Part shown: positions 52,795-62,703 of the stretch, one piece after another | How the letters are laid out: each line of letters begins with the position of its first letter | Numbering within the stretch: position 1 is the first letter of the stretch | Assembly (NCBI GenBank): GCA_965215015.1 | Contig: OZ244042.1 | Span: 800,001-864,000, forward strand | Direction: 5' to 3' | DNA length: 64,000 nt | DNA from: Candidatus Poribacteria bacterium | GTDB lineage: Bacteria > Poribacteria > WGA-4E > PCPOR2b | Translations under genes and position numbers: made by a program | The notes under the pieces: generated by a model | The model's database searches: none | What the model saw: only the letters and a program-made list of their open reading frames with translations | Told to the model about the DNA's origin: nothing

Positions 52795-53769
52795 ATGTCA
52801 AAAATAAGAATCGGTATTATTGGATCTGGCGGTACCGGGACGCGTCATGCAGATAGGTTCTCTGAAATGGAAACCGCCGAGGTTGTAGCAATTGCGTCAA
52901 GAAACGCTGAAACGGGCAACGCACTCGCTGAAAAACATGATGCGGAGTTTATCTCCAATTGGCAGGCACTTGTCCAGCACGATGATCTGGATGGTGTTGT
53001 TATCTGCACCCATAACGATACCCACGCCGAAATTGCACTCGCGGCACTCCATTGCGATAAACATATCTTTATGGAATATCCATTGGCACGGTCAATTGAT
53101 GCGGGTGAAGCTGTGGTCAAAGTTGCACAAAGCAATCAGCGGGTTCTGCGGATTAACCACTCCGAAACCGTGTCTAACTTGCATCAGGCAATTAAGCAGA
53201 AAGTACAGGGACTTGGAGATCTGCTGTTGACCACCTTTTTGCGCCTTACACCGGGGCGAGGCGTCCGTCCGGAGATTCTTTTCAATTTGCCTGTTTCCGG
53301 TCCACCGGCACACTTTTTCATCTACCACATCTACCCAGTCATCGATATCTTCGGAGGTATCAGGTCGGTCGAAGGGGCAGCGGTTTACGAAGGTTTAACG
53401 GATCAGGGAAATTATAACCGATTTGTCAACACCGTCAATGTCGAATTCAAAAACGGTGGGGTGGGAAGTTGGGTCTGGGCTGGAGGGGTGGAGATTCAGG
53501 ATTCTGAGCAGCACGCCCGCTATGTTCTGACCGGTGGCACAATTAGCGATAGCAGCAGCAAGTGGCACTGTTCAACGGGGACAGGAGTGGAGGAGATTCT
53601 GCCGGTTGACGCCCCAAGTGTTTCGCTTCAGGAACGGTGGATACAGGAGATTCAAAATCAGGAGATAGGCGCAGCGCATAGAGATGCAGTTACCGCACTT
53701 GAAGCGATACGGGTGAGCTTGTCCGCCGAACAATCAATGCAGAAGAAACGACGGATTGTGTTGGAATGA
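52795..53769 (+). CDS. Gfo/Idh/MocA family oxidoreductase
   Basis: 'IGIIGSGGTG', 'ICTHNDTH', 'EYPLA'. Confidence 0.88.
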   Translation: MSKIRIGIIGSGGTGTRHADRFSEMETAEVVAIASRNAETGNALAEKHDAEFISNWQALVQHDDLDGVVICTHNDTHAEIALAALHCDKHIFMEYPLARSIDAGEAVVKVAQSNQRVLRINHSETVSNLHQAIKQKVQGLGDLLLTTFLRLTPGRGVRPEILFNLPVSGPPAHFFIYHIYPVIDIFGGIRSVEGAAVYEGLTDQGNYNRFVNTVNVEFKNGGVGSWVWAGGVEIQDSEQHARYVLTGGTISDSSSKWHCSTGTGVEEILPVDAPSVSLQERWIQEIQNQEIGAAHRDAVTALEAIRVSLSAEQSMQKKRRIVLE

Positions 53770-53958
53770 AGGGAAGGAGATTAGTAACTATCAACCAATG
53801 GTGCGAATTTGCAACTGTTGATAACGTGAAATGTGATGCGCGAAACGTGAAAACAATTGGCTCACTCGTACATCAATGAACTAATGAACTCAATATCCTC
53901 ACCAACTCGCACCAAAGGTTATCAATCGCCGCGTCGGCGGAGGTGAAAGGAGTTTTAC

Positions 53959-55152
53959 ATGCGGAATTCGTTATCAATAACGGTAGGTAGAGGCGATGGT
54001 CAAATTAACGGCAGCGATGATCGTGCTATTCAGGCAGGGATCGATTACCTCGGTGCGCTCGGCGGAGGAACGCTGAAAATCTTACCCGGCGCCTATCATC
54101 TCAACAACGCAATTTATCTACGAAGTAACATCCGGATTGAAGGGAGCGGCGACGAAACAGTGCTGGCTAAAAACCCGTCCGTGAGTACACCCCTCGCTAT
54201 CGATTCAGATTGGTACGATGCAGACGTGACCGTGATTAAGAGCACTGGTTTTGAGGTCGGGTACGGGGTTTGCCTGAGAGCAAAGACCCCACATCATGGT
54301 GGATCGAATGTCATCAAGCGCACGATTATCGCGAAAGAGGGAAACCGTCTCTGGCTCGATAGATCGCTCGAAAAGAATTTCTGGGCAGATCACGAAGCAC
54401 GAATCTCGACCCTATTTCCGATCCTGAGTGGCGAACATATTTGCGACGTTGAGATCCGAGATCTCGTCCTCGATGGCAACCGATCTAACAATCAACACCT
54501 TGATGGGAACTATGCGGGCTGCATCTTCATGCAGGACTGCGATCGGATAACAGTCGATAACGTCGAAGCGCGAAACTATAACGGCGACGGCATTTCATGG
54601 CAGATTTGCCACGACGTGACCGTGAGGAATTGCCGGAGCCTGAACAATGCTGATTTGGGGTTGCACCCGGGCTCCGGATCGCAACGCCCGATTATGCAGG
54701 ATAATTACCTTGCAGGAAATCGGCTGGGGCTTTTCTTCTGCTGGGGTGTGAAACACGGGCTCGCAGAGAACAACCGAATTCTCGATAACCGTCAGTATGG
54801 CATCTCCATCGGACATCGAGACACCGACAATATCATCCGACTCAATCAAATCGAGGGCAGCGGAGAGGTCGGAATTACCTTCCGCAATGAACCGAACGAA
54901 GGGCGTAGTCCCCATCGGAATATAGTGGAAAACAACCGGATTACGAACAGTGGATCGGACAAAGATGGAATCGGTATTGACATTCAGGGGGAGACTCAAT
55001 CAATTACGATTCAGGAAAATCAGATAACCGAAATGCGGGAAGGGGGCGAACATATCGGTGTCCAAATCGGTGAAAAGACCGCCAATATCCTTCTTGAGAG
55101 GAACAAGTTTTCAGGGTTGGCTATAGGAGTCAGAGATTTGCGGGACAAATAG
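53959..55152 (+). CDS. Right-handed parallel beta-helix (pectin lyase fold) protein
   Basis: 'DRAIQAGID...GGGTLKILPGAY', repeated 'N..DGI', 'GISIG', 'ENNRI'. Confidence 0.85.
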   Translation: MRNSLSITVGRGDGQINGSDDRAIQAGIDYLGALGGGTLKILPGAYHLNNAIYLRSNIRIEGSGDETVLAKNPSVSTPLAIDSDWYDADVTVIKSTGFEVGYGVCLRAKTPHHGGSNVIKRTIIAKEGNRLWLDRSLEKNFWADHEARISTLFPILSGEHICDVEIRDLVLDGNRSNNQHLDGNYAGCIFMQDCDRITVDNVEARNYNGDGISWQICHDVTVRNCRSLNNADLGLHPGSGSQRPIMQDNYLAGNRLGLFFCWGVKHGLAENNRILDNRQYGISIGHRDTDNIIRLNQIEGSGEVGITFRNEPNEGRSPHRNIVENNRITNSGSDKDGIGIDIQGETQSITIQENQITEMREGGEHIGVQIGEKTANILLERNKFSGLAIGVRDLRDK

Positions 55153-55160
55153 AGGTCTTC

Positions 55161-55179
55161 GCCTCGATTTCATCGAGGC
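55161..55179 (+). terminator. Hairpin downstream of the beta-helix gene (terminator or REP-like)
   Basis: gcctcgat-ttc-atcgaggc perfect 8-bp stem, 8 nt after the stop; weak U tract. Confidence 0.4.
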
Positions 55180-55326
55180 TTCAAAGTAAGCCAATTCTCG
55201 ATCCATTTTGTCAATTCCTACGATGTATTACGACGTTTGACAGAAGATTGATAATGTGATAACATAAGCCGCGAACGTTTGCATCTTAACGTGGCAACTT
55301 AGGTCATAATTAAGGAGAAGTTAAGG

Positions 55327-56235
55327 GTGTGTGGTATTGTCGGCTTTTTAGATAAAACGCAAAATAGCAATGCGCCCGTGGGCAAGACTATTCTTACCAT
55401 GCTCACGGCACTGGGAGTGCGGGGACCGGATTCGGCAGGCGTCGCACTTTATCATCCTCCGGAAAATGGAGCGTTCACGCTGCAGGTAAAATTAGGGGAA
55501 CTTGATGGTGCAGCTGAGAGGGGCACCTTGATTGCAGAGCAGGTCAAGGCATTTGGCTCCGTGCACGAGGTCAAAACCACTGCTGAGTATTTGCGGCTCG
55601 TCATCAATCTGCGAGGGGAAGCAACACCGCTAATACAATTCATAGAATCTTTAGATGAGGACATTGAAGTTGTTAGCATGGGACGCGAACTCGAAATTGT
55701 CAAGCAGGTCGGCACACCTCAGAATCTCGATGCGACCCACAGCGTTTCTAGGCTTCTGGGAACACACGGCCTAGGACACACACGCCTTTCGACAGAGAGC
55801 CGTGTGGATCTGAGCCACTCGCAACCCTTCTGGGCACACAACTATCCTGACCTCGCAATTGTTCACAACGGGCACATCACAAACTACCACAAGTTACGCC
55901 GCATCTACGAGCAGCGCGGTGTCAGATTCTACACGGAAAACGACTCCGAAGTCATCGGTGTATACCTTGCCGACCAATTGTTTAAGGGACTGAGGTTCAA
56001 AGAAGCGTTAGAGGCGTCGCTTACCGATTTGGGCGGATCCTTCAGCTATCTCGCGGCAACAGAGGATTATATTGGATTTGCCAAAGATCCCTTCGCGTTC
56101 AAACCGCTACTCTTTACCGAAACGGATGATTTTGTCGCTGTCGCAACCGAGGAGATTGCGATCCGGGCTGCCTTCGAGGGCAACTATGAAGTGCGCGAAG
56201 CACAAGCAAGGGATGTGGGTATATGGCAGAGATAA
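55327..56235 (+). CDS. glxB: Class II glutamine amidotransferase; N-methylglutamate synthase subunit A (GlxB/MgsA)
   Basis: 'MCGIVG', 'RGPDSAG', 'GHTRLSTES', 'HNGHITNY', 'ENDSEV'; operon context. Confidence 0.85.
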   Translation: MCGIVGFLDKTQNSNAPVGKTILTMLTALGVRGPDSAGVALYHPPENGAFTLQVKLGELDGAAERGTLIAEQVKAFGSVHEVKTTAEYLRLVINLRGEATPLIQFIESLDEDIEVVSMGRELEIVKQVGTPQNLDATHSVSRLLGTHGLGHTRLSTESRVDLSHSQPFWAHNYPDLAIVHNGHITNYHKLRRIYEQRGVRFYTENDSEVIGVYLADQLFKGLRFKEALEASLTDLGGSFSYLAATEDYIGFAKDPFAFKPLLFTETDDFVAVATEEIAIRAAFEGNYEVREAQARDVGIWQR

Positions 56236-56933
56236 TCTGTGCAGGCAAAACAACTCGCGACATTAACGCGGAAATCAAACGCCTCATCGCGGATGGTGAG
56301 ACTGACATCTGTATGAGAAATCCCGTCGCCCGGCACAACTTAGGTGTGGCGATTCTACAGTCGGTGAAACTGACCTTTGATGGGAGTGTTGGCTACTATT
56401 GTGCAGGGATGGTTGACGGCCCCACTGTCAAGATTAAAGGGAGCGCAGGTTGGGGATTGGCGGAATCCATGATGGGTGGCACCGTTACCGTCGAAGGGAA
56501 TGCGGGCAACGGGGCAGCGGCTTCAATTCGAGGCGGGACGGTTGTCATTCGTAGCGATGCAGCTTCACGGCTAGGCGTTTCGATGAAGGGTGGACTGATT
56601 ATCGTCGGAGGCAACTGCGGCTATATGGCAGGTTTCATGGCGCAGCGGGGAACAATCATCGTCTGTGGAGATACCGGCGAAGCATTCGCCGATTCGATGT
56701 ATGAGGCGGTTTGTTTTGTCGGTGGCAACATCGCTGAACTCGGCAATGATGCCGTGATTGAAGAACCGACTGCAGAAGACCTCACCTTTCTCGAATCCAC
56801 CCTATCTCAGCACCTCCCCGCCAAAGTTGGCAATTCACAGACCGCTATCCGCAATTTCAAGAAAGTCGTCTCTGGGCGCAAATTGTGGAGTTTCGATAAA
56901 GACGAGCGAGCATTGTGGCGAGAAGCATTATGA
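56223..56933 (+). CDS. glxC: GXGXG-domain protein; N-methylglutamate synthase subunit B (GlxC/MgsB)
   Basis: 'GSVGYYCAGM', 'AESMMGG', repeated GG motifs, 'DSMYE'. Confidence 0.85.
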   Translation: MAEIICAGKTTRDINAEIKRLIADGETDICMRNPVARHNLGVAILQSVKLTFDGSVGYYCAGMVDGPTVKIKGSAGWGLAESMMGGTVTVEGNAGNGAAASIRGGTVVIRSDAASRLGVSMKGGLIIVGGNCGYMAGFMAQRGTIIVCGDTGEAFADSMYEAVCFVGGNIAELGNDAVIEEPTAEDLTFLESTLSQHLPAKVGNSQTAIRNFKKVVSGRKLWSFDKDERALWREAL

Positions 56934-57600
56934 ATTTATTGCCTAACCACGAACATGCAATCATTAAGAAAGATTCAGTAATCAACTTTGCGGGGACAAA
57001 CCTAATTTGAATATCAGTGAACGCTTGTGTTAGTCAGTGCCGGTTGTGCTTACATCGCCTGCCAAGGGTACCATTGGGCGTGTCGGTGAAATTTTGGTAT
57101 ATGCGGATACGGGCAAACTACTAGCAGACACAGTAGAAAGGGTTGACGCTAATGCCGAATGGCTGGGCTCAACGTTCCCCACTTTAGGCCGGAATTCAAC
57201 TACTCGTGTGTTGCTGCCTGCGGCCCCATGGTGAGACGTATTACGGACGCAACGAATCGGAAGATAGTGTGTGTCAGCTGTTAGGTACGACATCACGGGG
57301 GGGCGCGAGCTGCCAATGTGATGCGCGTTGTTCAGTTGGGTTTTGATGTACGGTCTAGTGCCTCCAACCTACCACAACTACAAGCTATCCTTGCTACCAA
57401 TGTACCCCCATCATCTTTCTGCTAACCGGAGGGTTGGATTACTGGGAAGTTAACGAGGCTCATGCGGTCGTACTCATCGGGGTCGACGCAGCAAGTGTCC
57501 GTTTCAATAATCCTTTCTTCTATACCTTTGCATAACAGACACCGTAACGAGTTTTCAGCGAGCGTGGACGACGGGACACTTGGCAGCCTTTATTCGTCTA
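56930..57600 (+). pseudogene. Decayed cassette: small hypothetical fragments plus C39-like cysteine peptidase remnant
   Basis: 'VPVVLTSP...VGEILV..DTG'; from 57152 '(MPNGW)LNVPHFRPEFNYSCVAAC' and later 'AHAVVLIGVD...FNNP' across frameshifts. Confidence 0.6.
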
Positions 57601-57625
57601 CAGTCATAGGAGAGAAGCTTTCAGC

Positions 57626-58969
57626 ATGCCAGACAAATCAAATTACCTCCGAACCAGTGGAACATTTACACCCGACATCATTGAAGACATCCAAGTTAAG
57701 GCAGAGTTGGGTAGATACCGCATTCGCGGATTTGGGACGTTGCGTGAGCGGCGATGGACAACGTTCGATGATCTGACCTTCATCCCCTGTACCCTGACCC
57801 GCATCCCACTCGAAGGCTATCGGGAACGCTGTTCAGCCAAGACCCTGCTCGGCACCCGTTTCGCTGAGAAGCCAATTGAGCTTGAGGTTCCCATTATGGT
57901 TACCGGTATGAGTTGGGGCGCGCTCTCTTACAACGCTAAAGTCGCGCTGGCAAAGGGCGCGAATATCGTTGGCTCGTCCAACACCACCGGCGACGGCGGG
58001 ATGCTGATGGCGGAGCGTGAGCAGAGTCGAGCATTAATCTACGAGGTGTTGCCATCTCGCTACGGCATCAATGTGCACCATCTACAGATGGCGGATGGCA
58101 TCGAGTTGACTATTGGACAGGGCGCGAAGCCGGGAACGGGGGGATTGCTGCTTGGCTCAAAGGTATTGGATACGATTGCGGAACAACGGGACCTACCCCT
58201 CGGCGTCGATCAGCGCAGCCCGGCGCGGCATCCCGACTTCCTCGGGCCCGACGACATGATTATCAAGATTGAAGAACTACGAGAGGCGACCGACTGGCAG
58301 GTACCGATTTTTGTGAAGATGGGGGCGACGCGGGTGTTCGACGACGTAAAGTTAGCGGCAAAAGCAGGGGCCGATGTCATCGTCGTGGACGGGATGGAGG
58401 GCGGCACCGGCGCATCCGCCGAAATCTGTCAAGAGCACACAGGCGTTCCCACGCTCGCTGCTGTATGTGAGGCACGCGCGGCACTCGAAGACCTCGGATT
58501 GTACGGTGAGGTGCAACTCATTATCGCGGGCGGCATCCGACACGGTGTGGACGCAGCAAAGGCGATGGCACTCGGTGCGGATGCGGTATACATCGGCACA
58601 GCGGCACTAATGGCACTCAACTGTAACAAACCCATCCACCTCGAGAGCTACCACGAGCTCGGCACCGAGCCGTACCACTGCCACCATTGTCACACGGGAC
58701 GCTGTCCTGTCGGGATTACAACGCAGGACCCCAATCTGATGAAACGTCTCGATATCGACGAAGCGGCAGAACGCGTGGCCAATCTGCTGCAAGCGATGAC
58801 TTCGGAGATCCAGATTCTTGCCCGCGCTTGCGGTAAGGCGGACGTACACGCCCTCGACCCCGAGGATCTCCGGGCATTGAACTTGGAAGCTTCGATGATT
58901 TGTGGAATCCCGCTCGTTGGGACGAACCGTGTGTTTGGCGGCGGTCCCGGGTGGAAGGAACGGGAGTGA
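57626..58969 (+). CDS. glxD: FMN-binding glutamate synthase family protein; N-methylglutamate synthase subunit C (GlxD/MgsC)
   Basis: 'GMSWGALS', 'TTGDGGM', 'GQGAKPG.GG', 'DGMEGGT', 'CHHCHTGRCPVG'. Confidence 0.88.
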   Translation: MPDKSNYLRTSGTFTPDIIEDIQVKAELGRYRIRGFGTLRERRWTTFDDLTFIPCTLTRIPLEGYRERCSAKTLLGTRFAEKPIELEVPIMVTGMSWGALSYNAKVALAKGANIVGSSNTTGDGGMLMAEREQSRALIYEVLPSRYGINVHHLQMADGIELTIGQGAKPGTGGLLLGSKVLDTIAEQRDLPLGVDQRSPARHPDFLGPDDMIIKIEELREATDWQVPIFVKMGATRVFDDVKLAAKAGADVIVVDGMEGGTGASAEICQEHTGVPTLAAVCEARAALEDLGLYGEVQLIIAGGIRHGVDAAKAMALGADAVYIGTAALMALNCNKPIHLESYHELGTEPYHCHHCHTGRCPVGITTQDPNLMKRLDIDEAAERVANLLQAMTSEIQILARACGKADVHALDPEDLRALNLEASMICGIPLVGTNRVFGGGPGWKERE

Positions 58970-59029
58970 CGTTTATCGGACCGAGAAGCTTGAGTCGTTT
59001 CCAACGGCAACAAGAAAGGAGTTATAACG

Positions 59030-60364
59030 ATGACGTTAAACGAGGTTAAAACGTTAGTCGCAGAGGAGGAAATCGAGTTTTTCCTCTGTTCCTTTGTAGA
59101 AATGGCGGGAGCCCCAAAAGCGAAGGTAGTCCCAACGACGCATATTGATGACATGGCGGCGGAAGGTGCAGGTTTTGCCGGGTTTGCGGCAGGCGAGATT
59201 GGTCAGGGACCACACGATCCGGACATGGCAAGCCTCCCCGACTTTAACTCACTCACAATCGTGCCGTGGCGCAAAAACGTGGCGTGGTTGGCAGGGAATG
59301 TGCACGTAGGTGACGAGGCCTGGCCCTACTGCCCACGCACCATTTTGCAGCGAGAGTTGGAGAAAGCCAGACAAAAGGGCTATCTCTTCAACGTCGGCGT
59401 CGAGGCAGAGTTTATGTTGTTGAAACAGGGAGAGGACGGTAGTTACGCACCGTGGGACCCACTTGATACGCTTGGCAAGCCCTGTTATGACCTCCGGGCA
59501 CTCCACCGCAACCTCGATACAATGACTACCCTAATTAAGTACCTGCAGGAGTTAGGTTGGGGCCCATACGCCAATGACCATGAGGACGCCAACTGTCAGT
59601 TTGAACTCAATTGGCTCTACTCCGATGCACTGACCACCGCAGATCGGCACACCTTCTTTAAGTGGATGGTCAAGACCGTCGCCGAAGAGCAAGGACTGAC
59701 AGCAACCTTTATGCCCAAGCCATTTGCAAACTTAACCGGCAACGGCGCACATTTTCACATGAGCCTGTGGGATACGGAAAACCAGACCAACCGGTTCCTT
59801 GACGAATCCGATGAAAATGGCCTGTCACAACTTGCCTATTGGTTCATGGGCGGTATCCTCAAGCACGCCAAAGCACTTGTTGCTGTTACCAACCCTCTCG
59901 TCAATAGCTACAAACGCCTAATCTCTGGTGCGCCTCGCTCCGGGGCGACGTGGGCACCCGTTTATATCACGTATGGCGGGAGCAACCGGACGCAGATGAT
60001 TCGCATCCCTGATGCTGGGCGGATTGAAAACCGTTCGGGGGACGGTGCCGCCAATTCGTACCTCGCTATGGCAGCGACGCTTGCCGCTGGACTCGATGGT
60101 ATCGAGAACCAGATTGACCCCGGTGGGCGCAACGACGATAACCTCTACGAAATGCCTGTGGATGAGCTGCAACGACGCGGTATTGATGTGCTACCAAGAA
60201 CACTCAGCCAAGCACTTGACTGTCTGGAAGAGGATGAGGTCATCCAGAGCGCACTTGGACCTGAATATGCACCTTACTACATCCAAGTCAAGCGTGAAGA
60301 ATGGCGAAGTTACCACCAGAGCATTAGCCAGTGGGAAACCGATAATTATCTTGGGCTTTACTGA
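59030..60364 (+). CDS. gmaS: Type III glutamine synthetase-like gamma-glutamylmethylamide synthetase
   Basis: 'GAGFAGFA', 'KPCYD', 'DHEDANCQFELN', 'ATFMPKPF', 'SGATWAP', 'NRTQMIRIP'; follows glxBCD. Confidence 0.85.
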   Translation: MTLNEVKTLVAEEEIEFFLCSFVEMAGAPKAKVVPTTHIDDMAAEGAGFAGFAAGEIGQGPHDPDMASLPDFNSLTIVPWRKNVAWLAGNVHVGDEAWPYCPRTILQRELEKARQKGYLFNVGVEAEFMLLKQGEDGSYAPWDPLDTLGKPCYDLRALHRNLDTMTTLIKYLQELGWGPYANDHEDANCQFELNWLYSDALTTADRHTFFKWMVKTVAEEQGLTATFMPKPFANLTGNGAHFHMSLWDTENQTNRFLDESDENGLSQLAYWFMGGILKHAKALVAVTNPLVNSYKRLISGAPRSGATWAPVYITYGGSNRTQMIRIPDAGRIENRSGDGAANSYLAMAATLAAGLDGIENQIDPGGRNDDNLYEMPVDELQRRGIDVLPRTLSQALDCLEEDEVIQSALGPEYAPYYIQVKREEWRSYHQSISQWETDNYLGLY

Positions 60365-60831
60365 GGGTAGATAGCAGGTTGCTGCGTTTCGCAAATTTAG
60401 GGGTCATCTCAACTCAGGATTGATATAATAGCCCGAGTTGTCCCTTAAAGCTCCAGCGAAGCGGCATGTGGAGGGGATCTGAGCAGTCACAGCATTTTTT
60501 GAATGTTCTGCACAAATGATGTTTTCCCGGTCTAGGCAGCAACTTGAGTTATGTAAAGAAGATTCTGATAACTACCACCTAACAGACGGCTCAAGACTAA
60601 AGGTTACTTACCGGGAATGAACACGGACGGAATCAGCTGGGTGAGTCTGTCGCCAGTGGGTCCTATTTTTATACGCTGACAGCCGGCAAATTTACGGGGC
60701 CGCGACGGATGTTGATACTGAAGTAAAGCAAATCTGATTGCCCCATTTCAGCTGTATGGTATAATAACTAGAGACTTCAGGTGGCAACCTGAATGGTAAT
60801 ATGATGGACAACTTCAGGAGGTAACATAGAT

Positions 60832-61506
60832 ATGTCAGAACAACTAACGTTGAAACAGCGGATACATAACAGCGAAATTATTAACATCGGTGGTGCTCCT
60901 ACGGGTGCCTCAAAAAGTGAACTTGAAGCCATTCTCAGTCAGGACTCCTACGATTTAATCGGAACGGATGCCCAACACTCGGCATTCAATGAAGAGAGGC
61001 TCGTTTCATTTTGCGCTAACTTATCAGAGTTGGGAATACCTGTTCAGTTGCGCATCAAACACACACGGAACGCTTATCTCATTGGGAATATCCTCGATTT
61101 GGGCCCATTGGCGATTGTAGTGCCACAAGTTGAAACGGAGGGAACGGTCTATGAAGCAATCGAGGCCTTCTACTATCCGCCGATCGGAAAACGGAGTTGG
61201 GGGCCCAGTTCGGGGTACGGCTTCAACCCAGATCTTGATCGCTTGGAATACGCGGAATGGTGGAACAACAACGGCATCCTCAGCCTGCAACTGGAGTCTG
61301 TTGATGCGATTATCAATGCCCGAAAACTCGCCAAACCCGGCGTTGATATGCTGATGTTTGGGGCAAATGACTTAGGATTCAGCCTCGAAACATATCCAAA
61401 TCCCCCGTTCAAAACGGTTGAAGAATGCTTCCAGCATGTTGTGGAGCAGATGGAAGGGACTCAAGTCAAAGTGGGGGTTGCCTACTCACCCGGCGGGCGA
61501 CTCTGA
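60832..61506 (+). CDS. HpcH/HpaI aldolase family protein
   Basis: 'DAQHS', 'LDLGP', 'VPQVET', 'YYPPIGKRSWG', 'QLES', 'GANDL'. Confidence 0.88.
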   Translation: MSEQLTLKQRIHNSEIINIGGAPTGASKSELEAILSQDSYDLIGTDAQHSAFNEERLVSFCANLSELGIPVQLRIKHTRNAYLIGNILDLGPLAIVVPQVETEGTVYEAIEAFYYPPIGKRSWGPSSGYGFNPDLDRLEYAEWWNNNGILSLQLESVDAIINARKLAKPGVDMLMFGANDLGFSLETYPNPPFKTVEECFQHVVEQMEGTQVKVGVAYSPGGRL

Positions 61507-61649
61507 GCCGACACACCTAAGATGCGCGAATATTGTGCAATCGCCCGCCAAAATTGCCGAGCGAAGCGTGAAATATATCACCCTTTCCGCTTTACGACTA
61601 TAACTGCGTAACTTCTCACGAATTCAGTGATGGAGAAAGGATCAGTCCA

Positions 61650-62417
61650 ATGATCATCGTCGATACCCACTGCCATGCCGGACTGAACAAATATGAACCC
61701 ATCGAAACCTTGCTTTACCACATGGAGCAATCTGGTGTCGATCGGGCGGTTTTAATACAGCATCAGGGCACCACCGACAATAGCTACCACGTTGAATGTT
61801 TGCAGGCACACCAGGACCGGCTTACCTCGGCGATGATTGTGGAGAGCACCGACGATGGAGAGCGGATGCGTTACTGGGCTGAACAAGGGCTTGTGGGGAT
61901 TCGTCTCGGCGCAGATTCACGAGCGGATGCGTCTGACCCACTTGCACAGTGGCGTACCGCCGCTGAACTCAACCTTGTCGTCAGTGCCCCCTCAGATCCA
62001 CCAACGCTCCTCAGTGATAAATTTGCTGAAGTCCTGAGGACTTTTCCTGACCTCCAGATAGTCATCGAACACTTAGGGGGTGTCGGTAGGGAGGCTGTGC
62101 CCCCTTATGATGAATTCAAACGTGCTCTCGCCTTGGCAAAACACCCCAACCTGACGATAAAACTTCCGGGCTTTGGGGAATTCTGCAACCTGCCTTATCC
62201 ATTCGAGACCGTCCCTCCGCTGGCACGCATGGTTGTGGAGGCGTTTGGGCCGCAACGGGTGATGTGGGGGAGTGACTTTCCACCGGTCAGTTCGAGGGAA
62301 GGATACAATCATTCACTTCAATTCCCGATCGAATACTTCTCTGATTTGAGCGAGGGAGAGCGGGAGTGGATTTTCGGACGTACCGCGCTATCAGTGTGGA
62401 AATTCATTGATTCTTGA
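61650..62417 (+). CDS. Amidohydrolase-2 family protein
   Basis: 'VDTHCH', 'VIEHLG', 'RVMWGSDFP'. Confidence 0.9.
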   Translation: MIIVDTHCHAGLNKYEPIETLLYHMEQSGVDRAVLIQHQGTTDNSYHVECLQAHQDRLTSAMIVESTDDGERMRYWAEQGLVGIRLGADSRADASDPLAQWRTAAELNLVVSAPSDPPTLLSDKFAEVLRTFPDLQIVIEHLGGVGREAVPPYDEFKRALALAKHPNLTIKLPGFGEFCNLPYPFETVPPLARMVVEAFGPQRVMWGSDFPPVSSREGYNHSLQFPIEYFSDLSEGEREWIFGRTALSVWKFIDS

Positions 62418-62449
62418 TGTTTGGGTTGCATCGTGCAGCCAGAATATAT

Positions 62450-62639
62450 TAACGCAAGTTGCCACCCAACACCTGTCACCCCATTGGGGCTTTAGGGAAT
62501 TTGGGTGAAACATGCTCTATATACATGGTGCTCCTCTGGGGCGCAAGCAGCGGAGGTATCAGCATCCTATAGACATATCGCTCCTCTGGAGCGAAAGACT
62601 AAGCACTTTGGCTTTAGCAGAACCTAGCAACTTGCGTTA
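62450..62639. mobile_element. MITE-like element, TIR TAACGCAAGTTGC...GCAACTTGCGTTA, with internal direct repeats
   Basis: Perfect 13-bp TIR; internal 'gctcctctgg' twice; related GCAACTT ends near 60540, 34823 and 1160. Confidence 0.6.
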
Positions 62640-62703
62640 TATTAACACAGATCTATTTTTACTGGAAAATCGTTAAACGACTGATTACGATGGAGATGAT
62701 GTT

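Noticed and set aside
56934-57625. Group II intron or riboswitch in the mgs operon
   Set aside because: No domain V or aptamer consensus recognised; better explained by peptidase gene remnants.
59030-60364. Ordinary glutamine synthetase GlnA
   Set aside because: 'GAGFAGFA' and 'SGATWAP' motifs plus glxBCD linkage fit GmaS/GlnT better.
60365-60831. Possible ncRNA between gmaS and the aldolase gene
   Set aside because: The first part is a degenerate GCAACTT-family repeat; no recognisable RNA family in the rest.
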